Shown here in pieces: positions 59,305-64,000 of a stretch of DNA of 64,000 bases. Numbering within the stretch: position 1 is the stretch's first letter; each line of letters begins with the position of its first letter. The notes below the pieces were generated by a model. It did not search any database and was not told the origin of the DNA. It worked only from the letters and a program-made list of their open reading frames with translations. The DNA comes from a bacterium (GTDB taxonomy: Bacteria > Sysuimicrobiota > Sysuimicrobiia > Sysuimicrobiales > Kaftiobacteriaceae): contig JBIOWP010000105.1 in assembly GCA_044868695.1 (NCBI GenBank), positions 11,346 to 75,345 on the forward strand, read 5' to 3'. The position numbers and the translations under genes are program-made.

Positions 59305-61485
59305 ATGGACCCCCGTGCTGCGCGTGACCTGTCGAGCATTCTTGCGCCCCGCAGCGTGGCGGTCATCGGCGCGTCGCGCGATGCCGGCAAGGTCGGTCAC
59401 GCCATCTTTCGCAATGTCCTCGAGGACTTCCAGGGCGTCGTCTACCCGGTGAACCCTAGCGCCCAGGCGATCCGCGGCGTCCGCGCGTATCCCTCGGTGC
59501 TGGAGGTTGCCGATCCTGTCGATCTCGCTATCATCATTGTGCCGGCTCCGCGCGTTGCGGCCGTGCTGGATGAGTGTGGGAGCAAGGGCGTCCGCGGGGT
59601 GGTGGTCATCTCCGCGGGATTCCGCGAGAGCGGCGAGGAGGGCCGCCGCCGCGAGGAAGAGGTCAAGGCGGCGGTCCGGCGCCACGGGTTTGTCCTTGTC
59701 GGCCCGAACTGCCTGGGTGTCCTGAACACCGATCCTGCCGTGCGGCTCAACGCCACGTTCGCGCGCGCGATGCCCGCGCCCGGCAACATTGCGTTCCTCT
59801 CTCAGAGCGGCGCGCTGACCACCGCGGTGCTGGACTACGCGAGAGCGAAGGGAATCGGGTTCTCCAAACTGGTGAGCTTAGGCAACAAGGCCGATGTCAG
59901 CGAGCTGGACCTACTGGCTGCGCTGCGCGACGATCCCCGGACGGATGTCATCCTGCTGTATCTGGAGGAACTCACGGACGGCCGCCGCTTCATCTCGCTC
60001 TGCCGGGAGATCACCGGCGAGATCGAGGATCCCAAGCCGATCCTGGCGGTGAAGTCCGGCCGGACGACGGCCGGCGCGCGCGCGGTATCATCGCACACGG
60101 GGTCGCTCGCCGGCAGTGACGAGGTGTACGACGCCGTGTTTCTGCAGAGCGGCGTCCTGCGCGTTGACACCGTGGAAGAGCTGTTTCACTACGCGATTGC
60201 GTTCGCCAACCAGCCTCTCCCGTCGGGCCGCAGGGTCGCGGTGGTGACCAACGCCGGGGGACCAGGCATCATGGCCGCAGACGCCGCGGTCCGCCACGGG
60301 CTGGTACTGACCACGCTGGCGGAGGGGACACAGCAGGCGCTGCGTCTGGCGCTGCCGGCCGAAGCGGCCGTCGACAACCCCGTCGATTTGGTCGGAGACG
60401 CTCAGGCGGACCGGTACCAGACCGCGGTACGTGCCGTCATGCGCGATCCGGGCACGGACGGCGTGCTCGTCTTGCTGACCCCGCAGGCGGTCACCGACAT
60501 CGAGCAGATTGCCCGGGTCGTGGCGTCCGAGGCACGCGGCGCATCCAAGCCGCTGCTGTCGTCCTTCATGGGCATCGTCGATGTCTCCGGAGGCGTGCGG
60601 ATCCTCGAGGAGGCGCACATCCCGCACTACGGATTTCCGGAGGATGCGGTGCGCGCGTTTGCAGCGATGACCCAGTACGCGGAGTGGGTGCGCCGGCCCC
60701 GGACCGAGGTGCGGACCTTCCCGGTGGACCGGTCGCAGGTCACCGCGCTGCTGGCGCAGGCCGCGCGCGGCCCATTTGTGCGGGAGACCCTGGCGTTCCA
60801 ACTGCTCGAAGCGTACGGCTTCCCGCTCGCGCCGTGGGCGGAAGCGTCCTCGGCAGAGGACGCGGTCATCCGCGCGTCGGCGATCGGCTTCCCTGTGGCC
60901 ATGAAAGTGCTGTCGCCGGAGATCGTGCACAAAGTGGACATCGGCGGGATCCGGCTGCAGCTCACGGCGCCCAGTGAGGTCCGCGCCGCCTATGAGGAGA
61001 TGATGGCGGAGATTGCGCGCCGGCAGCCCGGCGCGGTGGTCGAAGGAGTCATCGTCCAGAAGATGGCGTCGGGTGTGGAAACGATCCTGGGCGTGAACCG
61101 CGATCCCCAGTTCGGGCCGATCATCATGTTCGGATTGGGCGGCATCTACGTCGAGGTGTTCAAAGACGTCACCTTCCGGCTGGCGCCGATCCGAGAGCTG
61201 AGCGCGCGGCGGATGGTGGAATCCATCAAGGCGGGGCAGATCCTGCGCGGCGTGCGCGGCCAGCTGGCGGCCGATGTCGACGCGCTGGTGGAGTGCATCG
61301 AGCGCCTGTCACAGCTGGCGGCGGAGATCCCGGAGATCGCCGAACTTGACATCAACCCGTTGATGGTGCTGCCTGCCGGGCAGGGTGCGGCGGTGGCTGA
61401 CGCGCGGCTGCGGCTGCTGGACACACAGGAGACCGGGGGTCGGGAATCGGGGGCCGGCGAAAGGGCCGATACCCCCGACCCCTAA
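59305..61485 (+). CDS. Acyl-CoA synthetase (NDP/ADP-forming), fused alpha (CoA-binding, succinyl-CoA-synthetase-like) and beta (ATP-grasp) domains
   Basis: 726 aa. VAVIGASRDAGKVG CoA-binding N-terminus, phosphohistidine region (SSHTGSLAGSD), C-terminal ATP-grasp. The last ~17 codons lie in a heptamer repeat. Confidence 0.85.
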   Translation: MDPRAARDLSSILAPRSVAVIGASRDAGKVGHAIFRNVLEDFQGVVYPVNPSAQAIRGVRAYPSVLEVADPVDLAIIIVPAPRVAAVLDECGSKGVRGVVVISAGFRESGEEGRRREEEVKAAVRRHGFVLVGPNCLGVLNTDPAVRLNATFARAMPAPGNIAFLSQSGALTTAVLDYARAKGIGFSKLVSLGNKADVSELDLLAALRDDPRTDVILLYLEELTDGRRFISLCREITGEIEDPKPILAVKSGRTTAGARAVSSHTGSLAGSDEVYDAVFLQSGVLRVDTVEELFHYAIAFANQPLPSGRRVAVVTNAGGPGIMAADAAVRHGLVLTTLAEGTQQALRLALPAEAAVDNPVDLVGDAQADRYQTAVRAVMRDPGTDGVLVLLTPQAVTDIEQIARVVASEARGASKPLLSSFMGIVDVSGGVRILEEAHIPHYGFPEDAVRAFAAMTQYAEWVRRPRTEVRTFPVDRSQVTALLAQAARGPFVRETLAFQLLEAYGFPLAPWAEASSAEDAVIRASAIGFPVAMKVLSPEIVHKVDIGGIRLQLTAPSEVRAAYEEMMAEIARRQPGAVVEGVIVQKMASGVETILGVNRDPQFGPIIMFGLGGIYVEVFKDVTFRLAPIRELSARRMVESIKAGQILRGVRGQLAADVDALVECIERLSQLAAEIPEIAELDINPLMVLPAGQGAAVADARLRLLDTQETGGRESGAGERADTPDP

Positions 61486-61507
61486 CCCCCGACCCCGGAC
61501 CCCCGAC
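61435..61507. repeat. Heptamer palindromic element, copy 8 (GGGGTCG / CCCCGAC variant)
   Basis: GGGGGTCGGGAATCGGGGGCCGG, 13-nt spacer, five tandem C-rich heptamers ACCCCCGACCCCTAACCCCCGACCCCGGACCCCCGAC. The stop codon of the upstream gene lies in the second arm. Confidence 0.7.
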
Positions 61508-61528
61508 TCAGTACATGGAGGTGAGGAG

Positions 61529-61924
61529 ATGTTTCTCGACGATCTGCAGAAACGCTTCGCGGAGATGCAGGGCAAGGCGAACTGGAAGACCGTTTTTGGC
61601 GACGTGATCGAGGTCAACGGCCGGCGGCTGATTCCGGTCGCCTCCGTCCAGTACGGATTCGGGATGGGGGGCGGCCAGGGCACCTCGCCGCGCACCGGTT
61701 CCCGCGCCAAATCGTCATCGAAGGACGACACCGCCTCGCTCGGGAGCGGCGGGGGCGGGGGAGGCGGCGTCCGCATCGAGCCGATTGCCCTCATCGATGT
61801 CACAGACGGCCGGCTCAAAGTGGAACCGATCATCAACGTGACCAGAGTGGCCGTGATTGCGCTACTGGTTGCCGGGTGGTCGATGTTCTGGCTGCTCAGG
61901 GCAAGGCAGGCCGCGCCGCGGTAG
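61529..61924 (+). CDS. Sporulation protein YtfJ/GerW family
   Basis: ATG 61529 after GGAGGTGAGGAG. TVFGDVIEVNGRRLIPVASVQYGFGMGGG matches the GerW/YtfJ core (IVGDPVETPDGSVIIPVSKVGFGFAAGG as recalled). C-terminal TM helix. Confidence 0.7.
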   Translation: MFLDDLQKRFAEMQGKANWKTVFGDVIEVNGRRLIPVASVQYGFGMGGGQGTSPRTGSRAKSSSKDDTASLGSGGGGGGGVRIEPIALIDVTDGRLKVEPIINVTRVAVIALLVAGWSMFWLLRARQAAPR

Positions 61925-61998
61925 GGGTCGCGCCGAGGAGTCGCGTGCGGTGCTGTCGAAGCGCTCTGCCCGAGTTCATCACGAGGAGGTGACCCGCG

Positions 61999-63288
61999 TT
62001 GCGTGAGGTGTTGACCTGGATCGCCAACAACCTGTTCAACCAGGTGGCGATCCTCATCGGTCTCATCGTCCTGCTGGGCTATGCCGTTCAGGGCAAGCGG
62101 GCGGAAGATGTGGTGGCCGGCGCGTTGAGGGCCACCATCGGCGTCCTGATTCTCTTCATCGGCATTGACGTGTTTGTCGGAGGCCTGCTCTCCTTCCAGA
62201 CGGTGGTCAGCAGCGCTTTTCACCTCAAGCCTCCGCAGGCGACGAAGACCCTGGGTGACTTTCTCGGCACCCACGGGGGATCGATCGCCCTCATCATCGC
62301 GACGGGCTTCCTGATCCACGTGCTGCTCGTGCGGATTGTGCCGTTCTTCCGGTATGTCTACCTGACGGGCCACCTGATGTTCTGGATCAGTGTCGTCGTC
62401 GCCGCCGTCCTGGTGGAGGCGTTCCCGCAGATCAGCCAGGGCCGGCTGTGGCTGTGGGGGAGCATCATCGTGGCGCTGTACTGGTCTATCCAGCCGATGT
62501 ACATGGCCAAGTTCATGCGCAAGGTTATCGGGTCGGACGACTACGGCTTCGGGCACACTTCGTCGGCGGGGTGCTACCTGGCCGCGCGGCTGGCCCCGTA
62601 TGTCGGCAGCAAGGAGAAGTATGATACGGAGCGCCTCCAGCTTCCCAAGCGGCTGGCGTTCTTCAAAGACGTGAACGCGAGCACCGCCCTCATCATCGCC
62701 GTGATCATGCTGCTGGCGATGGCGTTCGCGGACAAGCCCCTCGTGGCTGAGCAGGCGAAGAAGTTCAGCGCAACCATCGATCCCTGGGTCTGGGGGCTCC
62801 TGGTGGCCCTGAGGTTTGCCGCGGGTATCGCGATCCTGCTGTTCGGCGTGCGGATGTTCCTGGCCGAGATCGTGCCCGCGTTCAAGGGCATCAGCGACCG
62901 GATCATTCCCGGCAGCAAACCGGCGCTCGATGTGCCCACGGTCTTTCCGGCCGCCCCGACCGCCGTCATGATCGGATTCGTCAGCAGTACCGTCACATTC
63001 TTGATCCTGATGGTGATTTTCGGCGGGGCCGGCTGGTTCACGCTGGTGCCGCCGATGATCATGTTGTTCTTCCCAGGCGGCGGCGCGGGCGTCTTCGGCA
63101 ATGCCTTTGGCGGCTGGCGCGGTGCGGTGCTCGGGGGGATCATTAACGGACTGTTCCTGGCCATCGGCCAGGCCACGGCGTGGGGCATGCTCTCCCGGAC
63201 GGCGCCCGAGCTGGCGACGCTCGGCGATCCGGACTGGTACATCATCATCTGGGTTCTGCGGCTGATCCTGTCGCCGTTTGCCTCGTAG
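61999..63288 (+). CDS. ulaA: PTS ascorbate-family EIIC component (UlaA/SgaT)
   Basis: 429 aa polytopic. N-terminal VLTWIANNLFNQVAILIGLIVLLGY typical of UlaA. TTG start after AGGAGGTGA. Confidence 0.85.
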   Translation: MREVLTWIANNLFNQVAILIGLIVLLGYAVQGKRAEDVVAGALRATIGVLILFIGIDVFVGGLLSFQTVVSSAFHLKPPQATKTLGDFLGTHGGSIALIIATGFLIHVLLVRIVPFFRYVYLTGHLMFWISVVVAAVLVEAFPQISQGRLWLWGSIIVALYWSIQPMYMAKFMRKVIGSDDYGFGHTSSAGCYLAARLAPYVGSKEKYDTERLQLPKRLAFFKDVNASTALIIAVIMLLAMAFADKPLVAEQAKKFSATIDPWVWGLLVALRFAAGIAILLFGVRMFLAEIVPAFKGISDRIIPGSKPALDVPTVFPAAPTAVMIGFVSSTVTFLILMVIFGGAGWFTLVPPMIMLFFPGGGAGVFGNAFGGWRGAVLGGIINGLFLAIGQATAWGMLSRTAPELATLGDPDWYIIIWVLRLILSPFAS

Positions 63289-63299
63289 CGAGACAACAG

Positions 63300-63599
63300 G
63301 TGGCGCCGCGGGAACTCAAAATCCTCACTGTCTGCGGTGTGGGGATGGGCAGCAGCCTCATCCTCAAGATGACCGCGGAGAAGGCGCTGGCCGAGCTGGG
63401 GGTGGAGGCCCGCGTCGAGCACGCGGACCTCTCCTCGGCCCGCGGGATGGGGGCGGACATCATTCTGGCGCAGGGCCTGCACACGGCCGAACTCGCCGGC
63501 GCAGCGCCGGTCGTGATCGAAGTGAGCAACTTCCTGGACACCGGCGCGCTGAAAGCATTACTGGCCCGCCATCTGAAAGAGAAGGGGTGGACAGCCTAG
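63300..63599 (+). CDS. ulaB: PTS ascorbate-family EIIB component
   Basis: GTG 63300. KILTVCGVGMGSSLILKM is the phospho-cysteine loop of the lactose/ascorbate-type EIIB. The ORF-track N-terminus from 63180 overlaps ulaA. Confidence 0.8.
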   Translation: MAPRELKILTVCGVGMGSSLILKMTAEKALAELGVEARVEHADLSSARGMGADIILAQGLHTAELAGAAPVVIEVSNFLDTGALKALLARHLKEKGWTA

Positions 63600-64000
63600 C
63601 GCCGCCCGGCGAGTGGATGCGCGAGCACCTCCGCCGGGTGGAAGACGCCAACCGCGGGTCCCTCGACGCCGTCGCCCGCAAGGTGCTGGGGGTGCTCCGC
63701 GCCGACGGCCTGGTCTACGCGGCAGGGACCGGCCATTCGATCGCGCTTCTCTTGGAGACGTTCTATCGCGCCGGGGGTCTGGCGTGCGTCTACCCGGTCT
63801 TCCACCCGGCCCTGCTGCCGCTGGCCGGCGCCGGGGCCAGCACGGCGCTCGAGCGCGTGCCCGGGCTGGGGACGCTGCTCGTCCGGCGGGCGGCGCCGGC
63901 TGCGTCTGATCTCGCTGTGGTGTTTTCGAATTCCGGAGTCAATCCCGTGCCGGTGGAGATGGCCGAGGAGTTTCACGCGGCAGGGACCCCGGTCGCCGGT
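63587..64000 (+). CDS. SIS-domain protein (UPF0309-like), 3' end outside the window
   Basis: GTG 63587 overlaps the ulaB stop. In-frame to the window end with AAGTGHSIALLLETFYRAGGL...VVFSNSGVNPVPVEMAEE (SIS phosphosugar-binding pattern). Absent from the ORF track because no stop falls inside the window. Confidence 0.65.
   Translation, partial: MDSLAPPGEWMREHLRRVEDANRGSLDAVARKVLGVLRADGLVYAAGTGHSIALLLETFYRAGGLACVYPVFHPALLPLAGAGASTALERVPGLGTLLVRRAAPAASDLAVVFSNSGVNPVPVEMAEEFHAAGTPVAG

Overview
This 64-kb window is high-GC, gene-dense chromosomal DNA (about 90% coding, no rRNA, CRISPR or transposase). Gene content and order suggest a Bacillota-like endospore former: clpC-radA, a yacL-like gene, ispDF, cysS, rlmB and sigH, plus a YtfJ/GerW-family sporulation protein. 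The high GC content is unusual for that group; this is an inference and the lineage was not identified. Modules, left to right: (1) a histidine-utilisation cluster hutH-hutU-ASCH-oxidoreductase, then divergently FtcD-type glutamate formimidoyltransferase, hutI and formimino-THF cyclodeaminase, translationally chained to folB, folK, two deoxynucleoside kinases, birA, a DmpA-family peptidase, an ECF-S-like membrane protein and coaX. (2) A two-gene unit of an unknown protein plus a homolog of cyanobacterial acyl-ACP reductase (AAR, COG5322). (3) greA, clpC, radA, a MazG-like gene, yacL-like, bifunctional ispDF, cysS, rlmB and sigH. (4) moaA, maoC, tRNA-Thr(UGU) and an ACT protein. (5) A minus-strand aa3-type cytochrome oxidase operon (ctaC, ctaD, two subunit-III genes, subunit IV) preceded by a DoxX/DoxD-like protein and two small membrane proteins. 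(6) A stress/metal island: M23 peptidase, TlpA, mntH, three Usp genes. (7) A split glucose-family PTS operon (EIIC, EIIB, EIIA) with DUF362, a TIM-barrel-like unknown and a bactofilin-like membrane protein. (8) deoC, an eRF1/Pelota-like (baeRF) protein, capA, the rbsDACBK ribose operon, a SPC-motif P1B-type ATPase, an ADP-forming acyl-CoA synthetase, YtfJ/GerW, and ascorbate-family PTS ulaA-ulaB-SIS (truncated at the window end). The most striking non-genic signal is a family of at least nine intergenic palindromic elements whose arms are tandem GGGACCA-type heptamers (G3N4 periodicity, potential G-quadruplex). Other candidates for follow-up are the AAR-like pair, the baeRF protein, a 39-bp tandem repeat between moaA and maoC, and an operator-like palindrome in the clpC promoter. 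Many long antisense ORFs in the six-frame track are GC-driven artefacts and are not called.
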